NCBI GenBank assembly: GCA_033762115.1
Contig: JANRLX010000125.1
Coordinates: 1 to 24,225 of the forward strand
Source of the DNA: Verrucomicrobiota bacterium
GTDB taxonomy: Bacteria; Verrucomicrobiota; Verrucomicrobiia; Limisphaerales; SXQI01
DNA length: 24,225 nucleotides
Direction of reading: 5' to 3'
Below are positions 1 to 8,492 of this stretch, in pieces. Position 1 is the first letter of the stretch. Each line of letters starts with the position of its first letter. A program made the translations under genes and the position numbers. A model generated the notes under the pieces. The model was not told where the DNA came from. It did not search any database and was given only the letters and a program-made list of their open reading frames with translations.

Positions 1-1344
1 GGCGCTTCCATCCAGTCTCCCAAGACGCGGAACCAGGCCACGCGTGAACCTCTGGCAGCGCTGGATTTTGTGATCGACCAGGCGGAACCCGCGCTGTTTC
101 TTTTCAAGGATTTGCATCCCTACCTGAATCGCAGCCATCCAGCGGTTGTTAGGCGGTTGAAGGAAATCGGGCTTCACCTGAAAAACAGTTTTAAAACCAT
201 TTTCATTGTCGCGCCGGTTTTGGAAATGCCGATTGAACTGGAGAAGGAAACAACCGTCATCAATTTTCCGCTGCCAAACAGGCGTGAACTTGGCGAGTTG
301 CTGGGGACGATCACCAACGAGTTGAAGGAGCATAAGAACCTTACCATCGAGATCGGGCCTGAAAGCCGGGAGCAACTGGTCCAGGCCGCGCTTGGATTGA
401 CGGAAAGCGAAGCGGAAAATGTGTTCGCGAAAATGCTGGTGAAAACCGGCTCCCTTAGCGGCGAAAATATTTCGGAAATTTTTTTGGAAAAGCAGCAGAT
501 CGTCCGGAAATCAGGCTTGCTGGATTATTGCGAGGTCACGGAAACAATCAGCAATGTGGGCGGGTTGGGTGCCTTGAAGGAATGGCTGGGCAAACGTTCC
601 CGTGCATTCTCGGAAGAAGCGCGCGCGTTCGGCCTTCCCGCGCCGAAGGGAATCCTGCTGCTGGGGGTGCAGGGCTGCGGAAAAAGCCTCTCGGCCAAAG
701 CGGTCTCCTCTCTCTGGCAGATGCCGCTGCTCCGTTTTGACATGGGACGAATGTTCGGGAGCCTGATGGGGTCTTCGGAGGAAAATGTGAGGCGGGCAAT
801 CCAGGTTGCTGAATCGGTCGCGCCGATTGTGTTGTGGATCGACGAAATCGACAAGGCATTCGCAGGCTCCGGCGGTTCCGGCAATTCCGATGCCGGGACA
901 AGCGCGCGGGTGCTGGGCTCATTGCTCACCTGGTTGTCTGAGAAAACATCGCCGGTTTTTGTGGTGGCCACCGCCAACGATATTTCACACCTGCCGCCAG
1001 AATTATTAAGAAAGGGGCGGTTTGATGAAATTTTCTTTGTGGATCTTCCCGCGGATGAAGAACGGGAGGAAATCTTCAGGATTCACCTGGAACGTCGCAG
1101 GCGGGAGGTTTCACAATTCGATCTGCCCTCGCTGGCGCGGCAGAGCGAGGGTTACAGTGGAGCGGAGATTGAAGAGGCCATCATCACCGGGTTGTACGAT
1201 GCGTTTCATGAAAACCGGGAACTGACCACTGAAGATATTTTGCATGCCCTTCAACGAACGGTTCCCCTTTCCAGAACAATGGATACCCAGATCAATGCCC
1301 TTCGGGCGTGGGCTGAGGGACGGGCGCGAAACGCATCCTGTTGA
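1..1344 (+). CDS. AAA+ ATPase, Ycf46-like family (5'-truncated)
   Basis: Frame is open from base 1 ([26 protein letters not shown]...). Degenerate N-terminal domain with LFKDLHPYL; Walker A GVQGCGKS, Walker B VLWIDE, SRH ATAND...[20 protein letters not shown] and a C-terminal [13 protein letters not shown] typical of Ycf46-like proteins. Confidence 0.9.
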   Translation, partial: GASIQSPKTRNQATREPLAALDFVIDQAEPALFLFKDLHPYLNRSHPAVVRRLKEIGLHLKNSFKTIFIVAPVLEMPIELEKETTVINFPLPNRRELGELLGTITNELKEHKNLTIEIGPESREQLVQAALGLTESEAENVFAKMLVKTGSLSGENISEIFLEKQQIVRKSGLLDYCEVTETISNVGGLGALKEWLGKRSRAFSEEARAFGLPAPKGILLLGVQGCGKSLSAKAVSSLWQMPLLRFDMGRMFGSLMGSSEENVRRAIQVAESVAPIVLWIDEIDKAFAGSGGSGNSDAGTSARVLGSLLTWLSEKTSPVFVVATANDISHLPPELLRKGRFDEIFFVDLPADEEREEIFRIHLERRRREVSQFDLPSLARQSEGYSGAEIEEAIITGLYDAFHENRELTTEDILHALQRTVPLSRTMDTQINALRAWAEGRARNASC

Positions 1345-1356
1345 CGCAAGGGAACC

Positions 1357-2118
1357 GTGAACTTCACCGCTACCGAAAGCACACCCCTGCTGTTTGCGAT
1401 CATTGCCGTGCTGTTGATTGGCCTTTCGAAAGCGGGATTTGGGGGCGGTTTGGGGATGTTGACGACGCCATTGTGCGTGATGGCGTTTGGCCCTGACCGG
1501 GCGATTGGGATCCTGCTTCCGCTGCTTTGCATTGGGGACGCATTTTCCCTTTATTTTTACTGGCGGAAGTGGCGGTGGGAGAACCTGGCGTTCCTGATTC
1601 CAGGAGTGCTGGTGGGGGTCTGCTTTGGGGCTTTGTTGTTTGGCAGGTTCAGCGCCAAACAACTGAATGTGATCATTGGGGCGCTGGCCCTCAGTTTCGT
1701 GATTTTTCAATTCATCAAGGAAAGGATTTTCAAGGCGGAAGGGGCTTTTGAACCGAATCACAAAATAGGATTTCCATGCGGGATCGGGGCGGGAATCACT
1801 TCGACCTTTGCGCATGGGGCGGGGCCGGTGGTGAGTCTTTTTTTGATCCCGCAACATCTGCCGAAGGAGATCTATGTGGGCACGACGGTGCTGGTGTTTA
1901 CCTGGATCAACTGGATCAAAGTTCCCTTTTTTATCGGGAACGGGTTGCTGACGATGGATTCCTTTGTTACGAGCCTGAAACTGGCAGCGCTGGTGCCGAT
2001 TGGGGTTTGGTTGGGAGTATGGTTAAACCGGAAAGTTCCGGAGGCGCTTTTTCTCCGGTTGATTTATTTCTTCACGTTCCTGACCGGGCTCCAACTTATT
2101 TGGAGAGGTGTTCAATAG
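1357..2118 (+). CDS. Sulfite exporter TauE/SafE family membrane protein
   Basis: 253 aa, multiple TM helices, two internal repeats GLSKAGFGGGLG and GITSTFAHGAGP characteristic of TauE; 12 nt after the ATPase stop. Confidence 0.85.
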   Translation: MNFTATESTPLLFAIIAVLLIGLSKAGFGGGLGMLTTPLCVMAFGPDRAIGILLPLLCIGDAFSLYFYWRKWRWENLAFLIPGVLVGVCFGALLFGRFSAKQLNVIIGALALSFVIFQFIKERIFKAEGAFEPNHKIGFPCGIGAGITSTFAHGAGPVVSLFLIPQHLPKEIYVGTTVLVFTWINWIKVPFFIGNGLLTMDSFVTSLKLAALVPIGVWLGVWLNRKVPEALFLRLIYFFTFLTGLQLIWRGVQ

Positions 2119-2289
2119 CAACGACTTACAGATGCGGGAGGGGAGGAAATGGGATCTGTTGCGAGAGGAAGTGGGAATAAGTGGGAAATGCTCCCGCAGG
2201 AAGCAAAGGGGCGAAAAGGGTGACAAATGGGTGGTTCAGGAGGCGGGATTTGGATATAACAACAGAGACAGCCAGCTTTTGATTTTTTT

Positions 2290-2317
2290 TGCAACTTGCG
2301 ACAGGTCTGGTGTGTTT
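2290..2317 (+). promoter_or_regulatory. Candidate ECF-sigma (autoregulatory) promoter
   Basis: TGCAAC (2290-2295; AAC-type -35) preceded by a T-tract and followed by 17 nt and TGTT, about 40 nt upstream of the sigma ATG. Resembles ECF promoters such as SigW TGAAAC-N16-CGTA, but the -10 match is weak. Confidence 0.3.
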
Positions 2318-2358
2318 GTCATGCAGGAGCGGTTGCTCCCAGCCCGGAGAGTGGCGAA

Positions 2359-3009
2359 ATGATGACTGATACGGAACAATTTGAGCAGTTCATGAGGAAT
2401 TACCAGAACATGGTATTCAGCACTGCGGTGCGCCTGCTGGCCAGTGAAGCTGAAGCGCAGGATGTCTCGCAGGAGGTGTTCCTCAAGGCTTACGAACGGT
2501 TTGCGGATTTACAGCACAGTCCGACGGCGGGGGGGTGGCTGAAAACGGTCACCACGAACCTTTGCCTGAATCATTTGAGCCGTTACCGGGGGCGGTGGCG
2601 ATTTTTCTCGGAGTTGTTCAACCGGGAAACGGAGGAGGAGTTCGAGTTGGAAATTGCCACGGGTGATCTTGTTGGTGATGAGGTGGAGGAGGCGGACCGC
2701 CGCCGGGTGCTGGAAAGCGCGTTGCAACGGTTACCCTCCAGCCAGCGGGTGCCGCTGGTGCTGTATCATTTTGAAGGGAAAAGTTACGAAGAAATCGCGG
2801 AGAGCACCGGCAGTTCATTGAGCAAGGTGAAGACTGACATCTTCCGGGCGCGGGAGGCATTGAAGAAAAAGCTGAAGCTGGACCTGGCGGGCGAAGAGGG
2901 TTGGGAGGAGTTCAGCCCTGAACTGGCGACAAGGCGTGAGGAGCGAAAGAACCGGCTGGATATTCCCCGGTTGATCGCGCCTTTGAATTTTTTAAATGGG
3001 GCTGTGTGA
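2359..3009 (+). CDS. ECF-type RNA polymerase sigma-70 factor with C-terminal extension
   Basis: Region 2 (AQDVSQEVFLKAY...GWLKTVTTNLCLNHL) and region 4 (LVLYHFEGKSYEEIAESTGSSLSKVKTDIFRAREALK). Start placed at ATG 2359, preceded by GGAG, rather than TTG 2296. Confidence 0.92.
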   Translation: MMTDTEQFEQFMRNYQNMVFSTAVRLLASEAEAQDVSQEVFLKAYERFADLQHSPTAGGWLKTVTTNLCLNHLSRYRGRWRFFSELFNRETEEEFELEIATGDLVGDEVEEADRRRVLESALQRLPSSQRVPLVLYHFEGKSYEEIAESTGSSLSKVKTDIFRAREALKKKLKLDLAGEEGWEEFSPELATRREERKNRLDIPRLIAPLNFLNGAV

Positions 3010-3482
3010 GCGTTATGAACCCTAAGTATGAAAAGCAACTGGAAGAGGTGATCGACAAGCATCTCAAGGCATTGCCGGAGCGGCAGGCGCCGGAAAGCAT
3101 GATCCCAGGGGTTATGGCCAAATTGCAGGAGCGGGCAAACCGCCCGACATGGCAAAAGCCTTTCATTGAATGGCCGCGCGGTTTCCAGATGTTTTTCGCG
3201 GTGGCGATGCTGGGTTTACTGGTTGGCGCAACGTTCCTGTGCGCGAAGTTCTGGCCTGAACTGCCAACGGAACGGGTGAGCGCGACGCTGGGCGGGTGGT
3301 TTGGGAAGTGGACTGTGCTGTGGGATGCGCTGGATGCCCTGGGACGTGCAGGGCTGCTGGTGATGAAAAGCGTTGGGACGATCGGAATGATCTGCTTCTT
3401 CGCCTTTTGCACGGTGATGTATCTTTCCTGCGTTGGAATGGGTGTGGCGTGGTATCGCATTGCCCAGCAGGGGCGCGCGTAA
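3006..3482 (+). CDS. Putative membrane-anchored anti-sigma factor
   Basis: GTGA overlap with the sigma stop (alternative start ATG 3015). Soluble N-terminus (LKALPERQAPESMIPGVMAKL, anti-sigma-like LP-xx-AP motif) followed by 2-3 hydrophobic helices. No HxxxCxxC ZAS motif. Confidence 0.6.
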   Translation: MSVMNPKYEKQLEEVIDKHLKALPERQAPESMIPGVMAKLQERANRPTWQKPFIEWPRGFQMFFAVAMLGLLVGATFLCAKFWPELPTERVSATLGGWFGKWTVLWDALDALGRAGLLVMKSVGTIGMICFFAFCTVMYLSCVGMGVAWYRIAQQGRA

Positions 3483-3557
3483 ACGTTTCCGTCACGCACT
3501 TGCAGCATCCGCTCACTGATCGGGGCACAGGCGCACGCATTTTGTGTCAGTTTTAAT

Positions 3558-5237
3558 ATGAGGTTCCCTCGGTTTATTTTGTCTGTTTGGTTTTTGCTAA
3601 TGGGCAGTTTACTGCCGGCCGGGCCTCTGGTTGCCCAGCCTGTGGAGGAACCGTCTCCCTCGAGGGTAGCGGAAAGTTCAGCTGTGCCGGGGGAGACGAC
3701 TTCCACCAGCGATTCCAACTCCGCTCCTGCAATGAAGGATGAGCACGCCTCGGAGCATCATGAGGAAGGTCACTGGGAGGAGGGGGAGCATCACGGGGAG
3801 AGAAAGCCGGAGATCGTGCTGATTGCGCAGGATGGACGGCTGGCAGTGGAAGATTTGGTGGAAAGCGTGGTGGTGATCGGTGGCAATTTTGTGCTGGATG
3901 GAAGTGTCAAACGGGATGTGGTGGTGGTTGCGGGCACACTGAAATTGAATGGGGAAGTCGGTGGCAGCCTGACTGCGGTAGCAAGCCGCATTGAAGCGGG
4001 GCCAAAGGCAGTGGTGAAACAGGAAACGATCCTTGTGGGTGGTCCGTTGCAAGCGGACCCATCGGCGAAAATGGGGGACAGCACCGTGGTCGCGGAATTT
4101 GCCGGCCCGCTGGCCGGATTGGGAGACTGGGTGCGTGAAGGGGCATTCATGGGACGACCGCTGCCGTTGAGGGTTCGATGGGTTTGGGTGGCTTCGATTT
4201 TCAGCCTCCTGCTTGTCCTGGCGGCGAGCCAGCTGTTTCCGAAGCCGGTGGCCTTGTCGATCCAGGCGCTGGAGGTGCGGCCGGTGGCTTCTTTTTTCAG
4301 CGGGATGGTGGCGGTGATCCTGCTGGTGCCGATTATTGTGCTGCTGGTGGTGTCGGTGGTGGGAATTTTGGCGGTGCCGATCCTGGCTTGCGGGGTGTTG
4401 CTTGCGCTGCTGTTTGGAAAAGCGGCGGTGTATCAATTTGTGGGCCGCAATATTTTTGAAAAAATCGGCCAGTCGTTCAGTACCGGACCGGCGGTCATGT
4501 TGCTCGCGGGCGCGGCGTTGTTTTATATTTTATATACGGTGCCAGTGGTTGGGTTCCTTGTTTATGGACTGGCGACAGTGATGGCCCTGGGAGCGGTGAT
4601 GCTGGCGCTTTTTGGAATGAGCAACAAACCTGCGCCAGTGATGGCGAGCGCGCCGCCGGCAGCGGAAGCGGTTTTCCAATCCACAGTCGGGAATTCTCCT
4701 GCGCCGGTGATGGCAACGCCATTTGTCGAACCGATTTCCTCAACTGCTCCGTCCTCTGGGACGACAGAAGCGGGTGCGCCGGTCCCACCCACAACCGAGC
4801 AGATGCCGGGTGCTGTTCCGTCAAGATATGCCGGTTCACCAAAAATCATGAGTGAACAGGAATTGTTGTTGCTGCCGCGGGTGGGTTTCTGGAGACGGCT
4901 CTGCGCTTCCTTTTTGGATTTGCTGCTGCTTTCGATCCCGATGGCGCTGGCCGGTCCTTTTTTCCCGTTCGTGCTGCTGGCTTATTTCATCCCGATGTGG
5001 GCCTGGAAAGGGATGACGATGGGGAGCACGATCATGGGACTGAAACTGGTGCGGCTGAACGGTGAACCGATGAACCTGCCCGTGGCGATTGTCCGCTCAC
5101 TGGCCAGCTTCTTTTCCGCGCTGGTGATCGGGATTGGATTTTTCTGGGCAGGATGGGACCGTGAAAAGCAATCGTGGCATGACAAGATTGCGGGTACGGT
5201 GGTGGTGAAAATGCCGCGCGGCACTTCATTGGTATGA
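3558..5237 (+). CDS. Membrane protein: signal peptide, His-rich segment, bactofilin-like beta-helix repeats, multi-TM region, C-terminal RDD domain
   Basis: N-terminal signal peptide; VVVIGGNFVLDGSVKRDVVVVAGTLKLNGEVGGSLTAV repeats; several TM helices; Pro/Ala linker; RDD signature GFWRRLCASFLD...R...WHDKIAGTVVV. Confidence 0.8.
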   Translation: MRFPRFILSVWFLLMGSLLPAGPLVAQPVEEPSPSRVAESSAVPGETTSTSDSNSAPAMKDEHASEHHEEGHWEEGEHHGERKPEIVLIAQDGRLAVEDLVESVVVIGGNFVLDGSVKRDVVVVAGTLKLNGEVGGSLTAVASRIEAGPKAVVKQETILVGGPLQADPSAKMGDSTVVAEFAGPLAGLGDWVREGAFMGRPLPLRVRWVWVASIFSLLLVLAASQLFPKPVALSIQALEVRPVASFFSGMVAVILLVPIIVLLVVSVVGILAVPILACGVLLALLFGKAAVYQFVGRNIFEKIGQSFSTGPAVMLLAGAALFYILYTVPVVGFLVYGLATVMALGAVMLALFGMSNKPAPVMASAPPAAEAVFQSTVGNSPAPVMATPFVEPISSTAPSSGTTEAGAPVPPTTEQMPGAVPSRYAGSPKIMSEQELLLLPRVGFWRRLCASFLDLLLLSIPMALAGPFFPFVLLAYFIPMWAWKGMTMGSTIMGLKLVRLNGEPMNLPVAIVRSLASFFSALVIGIGFFWAGWDREKQSWHDKIAGTVVVKMPRGTSLV

Positions 5238-5341
5238 TTTTTCGCTAAGTTCCGGTTTGGCCTCTTGACCTGCGGCGAAACTGGTTCATTATCCCCTCGC
5301 TTTGGCGGAATAAATGCCGAACGCCACAACTTTTTCTGACC

Positions 5342-6565
5342 ATGAATCTTGACGCCCTTTATTCTGAACTGACGCTTAAAACGAAAGCAAAAATGGCCCT
5401 GATCGTCCTTGACGGCCTCGGCGATATCGCAACTCGTGAGCAGGATTTCATGACGCCACTGGAAGCGGCGAAGACGCCCACGCTGGATGCCCTTTGTGAA
5501 GATTCAGCCCAAGGCCGGATGATCCCGGTGGCACCGGGAATCACTCCAGGAAGCGGGCCGGGACATCTCGGTTTGTTCGGGTATGATCCGCTGGAGTTCC
5601 AGGTGGGGCGCGGAGTGATTGAAGCGCTTGGACTTGGTATGGAACTGAAAGGCGGGGATGTGGCGGCACGGGCAAATTTCTGCACGTTGAATGCCAAGGG
5701 AATTGTCACTGATCGTCGTGCCGGGCGGATTGAAACTGAAGTTTGTGAAGAGCTTTGCGCGTTGCTGAGCAAAAAAATCAAAAAAATAGGCGACACCGAA
5801 GTGCTGATCCGGCCGGGGAAAGGGCATCGTTTTGTGGTGGTGTTTCGTGGGAAAGGTCTCGAGGGGCCGCTGACGGATGCGGACCCGCACCGGGAGGGAT
5901 TGGCCATTCCCGCAGTTGAAGCGGTGAATGGAACATCAGCAAAGGCAAAGAAGGCCGCAAAGCTGGTGGGAGATTTTTACAAGGCAGCGTTGCCATTGCT
6001 GGTGAAGAAAAGCCCGGCGAACGGTTTCCTGATGCGGGGGATCGCGCATCAGCCGGAGATTCCGACTTTTGAAGAGCGTTACCAGATGAAACCGGCGTGC
6101 ATTGCTGTGTATCCCATGTACAAGGGGCTGGCGCAATTGGTGGGAATGGAAAAGCTGGAAGGGCCGCAAACAATTGCTGAACAATTCGAGCGTTACCTGG
6201 CGGAGTATGACAATTACGATTTCTTTTTCATCCATTACAAGTACACGGACATGTACGGGGAGGATGGAAATTTCGAGGCGAAAAAGAAGGCCATTGAAGA
6301 GTTCGATGCGGCATTGCCCATACTTTTGAAAAAACGTCCGGATGTGATTGCCATTACCGGGGACCACTCAACCCCCTGCGCAATGAAGAGCCATTCATGG
6401 CATCCGCAACCGGTGCTGCTGCATTCATCTTGCAGCGGATCGGACAAGCTGGAGCGTTTTACCGAAACAGGGGCGAACATGGGATCGCTGGGGGTTTTTG
6501 ATTCGAAGTTCCTGATTCGGTTGATGCAGGCCAACGGCAAAATGTTTGATAAATTCGGCGCGTGA
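5342..6565 (+). CDS. apgM: 2,3-bisphosphoglycerate-independent phosphoglycerate mutase (ApgM type)
   Basis: LDGLGD, TPLEAAKTP, PGSGPGHLGLFGYDP, GRGVIEALG, DRRAGRI and TGDHSTP...HSWHP metal-binding motifs of the ApgM family. Confidence 0.9.
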   Translation: MNLDALYSELTLKTKAKMALIVLDGLGDIATREQDFMTPLEAAKTPTLDALCEDSAQGRMIPVAPGITPGSGPGHLGLFGYDPLEFQVGRGVIEALGLGMELKGGDVAARANFCTLNAKGIVTDRRAGRIETEVCEELCALLSKKIKKIGDTEVLIRPGKGHRFVVVFRGKGLEGPLTDADPHREGLAIPAVEAVNGTSAKAKKAAKLVGDFYKAALPLLVKKSPANGFLMRGIAHQPEIPTFEERYQMKPACIAVYPMYKGLAQLVGMEKLEGPQTIAEQFERYLAEYDNYDFFFIHYKYTDMYGEDGNFEAKKKAIEEFDAALPILLKKRPDVIAITGDHSTPCAMKSHSWHPQPVLLHSSCSGSDKLERFTETGANMGSLGVFDSKFLIRLMQANGKMFDKFGA

Positions 6566-7314
6566 AAGCTGTCATCCTCGCGGCTGGCAAGGGAACCCGG
6601 ATGCGGGAACTGACGCAGTCGATACCGAAGCCGATGCTGCTGGTGCAGGGGAAACCGATCCTGCAGCATATCATCGAAGGACTCGCGCAAAACGGGATCA
6701 AGGAGTTTTGCATTGTCACGGGTTACCAGGCGGAAAAGATCGAGGAGCATTTTGGAGATGGAAGCCGATGGAACCTTGGGATCAATTATGTCCGGCAGGT
6801 GGTCCAGGATGGAACGGGGAAAGCGCCGGAACTGGCCAAAGAGTTTGTGGGAAAGGATTCCTTTCTCCTGACCTACGGGGACATCCTGGTGAAAAAACCG
6901 GAGACTTACGCAGAGATGCTGGCCCGGTTTGCGCAGGAACATTTCAGCGGGTTGATCACTGTCACCCCGGGCGAGGATGTGACCAAGGGAGGGATCAATT
7001 TTTTTGATGAGCAGTTCTGCCTTTTGAAGATTGTGGAAAAACCTTCCGCCGCGCAGGTGGAGCAGTATCGCGCGGAAGGGTTGATCAAGGCGGGTCAGCC
7101 GGTGTGGTACAACGCCGGGATTTATATTTTCAGGCCAGACTTGTTCACCTTCACGCAAAAATTGCAAAAATCACCCCGAGGCGAGTACGAATTGCCGGAT
7201 GCAATCAATGCAATGCTTGAACAGAAGCACAGAATCGCAGGGCTGGAAATTATTCGCGGGAGATGCGTGGATGTGCGGGACCCGGAAGTGCTCGCCTCTC
7301 TGGAGAGGGAATAA
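6562..7314 (+). CDS. Sugar-phosphate nucleotidyltransferase (NTP_transferase family)
   Basis: MKAVILAAGKGTRM...PKPML motif, YGD, IVEKP, NAGIYIF and SPRGEYELPDA (RmlA/GlmU-like); GTGA overlap with apgM. Confidence 0.9.
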   Translation: MKAVILAAGKGTRMRELTQSIPKPMLLVQGKPILQHIIEGLAQNGIKEFCIVTGYQAEKIEEHFGDGSRWNLGINYVRQVVQDGTGKAPELAKEFVGKDSFLLTYGDILVKKPETYAEMLARFAQEHFSGLITVTPGEDVTKGGINFFDEQFCLLKIVEKPSAAQVEQYRAEGLIKAGQPVWYNAGIYIFRPDLFTFTQKLQKSPRGEYELPDAINAMLEQKHRIAGLEIIRGRCVDVRDPEVLASLERE

Positions 7315-7336
7315 AAAGCCTCCCGAAGAAGGCTTT
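7313..7336 (-). terminator. Intrinsic terminator downstream of FecR-like paralogue 1 (possibly bidirectional)
   Basis: Minus strand reads AAAGCCTTC-TTCG-GGAGGCTTTTT: a stem with a cUUCGg tetraloop and a U-tract, located between convergent genes. Confidence 0.7.
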
Positions 7337-7358
7337 GAAATTTAGTCAGGAAAGGAGA

Positions 7359-8336
7359 TTACCAGCCCCAGCTGTAATCGCACCGTGAACCGCAGCGGGA
7401 ATGGCCACAGCTGTTATAGGAATAGTTGCAACGGGTCCCGCAGCCCCAGTGGCCGCAATTGTTGCTGGTGTAATTGCAGCGTGTTCCGCAACCCCAATGA
7501 CTGCAATTATAGGTATAGTTGCAGCGGCTGCCACAACCCCAGTGACCGCAGCTGTTGTTGGAATAGTTACAGCGGGTTCCGCAACCCCAGTGGTTGCAGT
7601 TCGATCCTGAGTGACCGCACCCGTAGGTATGTCCCTGGCTGCAAGGTTCAGGGCTGACCTGGGGCGGACAAGGTGGAGAGTATGAATAAGTGGCTGCTTC
7701 CTGTTGAAACGTTTCTGAAACGGACGCGCGGGAACTGACGAGCAAATCAACACGGTTCAGCAGTTGATTGACCTGTGGCTCCGAAAGTTTTTCTGCCGGT
7801 CCGGTGGAAGAGGCGTTGAATGTCCGGCTCTGGCCTGCCTTTACAATCGAAACAGCCGGAAGCTGGGGGGAGGAGATCTCTGCGGCACCTGAAAGAACTT
7901 CAACTGCCTGATTGTTTGCATTCAGAAGGAAGTCGCCTCCGTTGACATTGAGTGAGCCGGTTTCGGTGCGGAAGCTGGCGGCGAGCGTGTCTTTGCGGAT
8001 GCTGCCAACGAGCTGACCTTCCTGAAGGAAAACTCCCTTGTCATCAAACTGGACGATGGAGTTTGGCGCGATACCAACGAGCCGCCGGGAGGATTTAAGG
8101 ACCAGATCGACGCTGTCCTGTTTTCCTGTTTTGATTTTGCTGCCGCGTGAGAGAGTGTCACCCGCTTTAAGCCGCTGCCATTTTCCATCAGAACCAAGAA
8201 TGGTGGGAGCGCCACGAAGATTGGCAACCTGGGCGAGATGCGTTTCCTCTGCATTCAGGCTGAAAGTGGCGCACACAATGAATGCAATCAGCAGGAGCCA
8301 TTGTGCAAGAGATTGAAATTTAGATGGCGTTTTCAT
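7359..8336 (-). CDS. Secreted FecR-like domain protein with Cys/His-rich C-terminal repeats (paralogue 1)
   Basis: Start set at ATG 8336, giving signal peptide MKTPSKFQSLAQWLLLIAFIVCATFSLNA. FecR-like motifs WQRLKAGDTL..G..IKTG..DSVDL, APNS, LQEGQL, VEVLSG, VKAGQ. Tail of five Cys repeats. Confidence 0.75.
   Translation of the reverse strand: MKTPSKFQSLAQWLLLIAFIVCATFSLNAEETHLAQVANLRGAPTILGSDGKWQRLKAGDTLSRGSKIKTGKQDSVDLVLKSSRRLVGIAPNSIVQFDDKGVFLQEGQLVGSIRKDTLAASFRTETGSLNVNGGDFLLNANNQAVEVLSGAAEISSPQLPAVSIVKAGQSRTFNASSTGPAEKLSEPQVNQLLNRVDLLVSSRASVSETFQQEAATYSYSPPCPPQVSPEPCSQGHTYGCGHSGSNCNHWGCGTRCNYSNNSCGHWGCGSRCNYTYNCSHWGCGTRCNYTSNNCGHWGCGTRCNYSYNSCGHSRCGSRCDYSWGW
7362..7598 (-). repeat. Five in-frame 45-48 nt tandem repeats encoding CxHxxCG[TS]RC[ND]Y
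   Basis: Units: CNHWGCGTRCNYSNNS, CGHWGCGSRCNYTYN, CSHWGCGTRCNYTSNN, CGHWGCGTRCNYSYNS, CGHSRCGSRCDYSWGW. DNA copies also differ at synonymous positions. Confidence 0.95.
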
Positions 8337-8365
8337 ACAGCTTTGGCAGGCCGTCCGTTCCTGCC

Positions 8366-8393
8366 ACAATAATGAACGGCAACAGCATGTCAA
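8366..8393 (-). promoter_or_regulatory. Candidate sigma70 promoter of paralogue 1
   Basis: Minus strand TTGACA-16 nt-TATTGT, ending 29 nt before the ATG. An inverted repeat TGGCAGG-N9-CCTGCCA (8344-8366) abuts the -10. Confidence 0.55.
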
Positions 8394-8492
8394 GAAAAAC
8401 AAGTCAATTAAACCTGATAGTTTGATATGAGCAATTTCGGGACACGAGAGTACAGAAGAGGGCAGGCGGAGAATCCGGGCGCTGTGTAATAA

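Noticed and set aside
2120..2131. CAACGACTTACA, resembling half of a palindromic intergenic repeat element
   Set aside because: I found only one copy and no matching inverted half, so a repeat family cannot be supported from this window.
7362..7598. 48-nt periodic repeats as a CRISPR array
   Set aside because: The units are in-frame coding repeats with synonymous variation, have no unique spacers of CRISPR length, and no cas genes are present.
7346..7753. Alternative-frame ORFs over the Cys repeats (7346-7753 -, 7385-7657 +, 7401-7610 +) and 9450-9932 over the paralogue 3 tail
   Set aside because: Stop-free shadows produced by in-frame repeat periodicity; the variation pattern fits the FecR reading frame.
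8337..8402. Cys-rich N-terminal extension MFFLTCCC... of paralogue 1
   Set aside because: It starts at a TTG, overlaps the predicted promoter and would bury the signal peptide; ATG 8336 matches the paralogues better.
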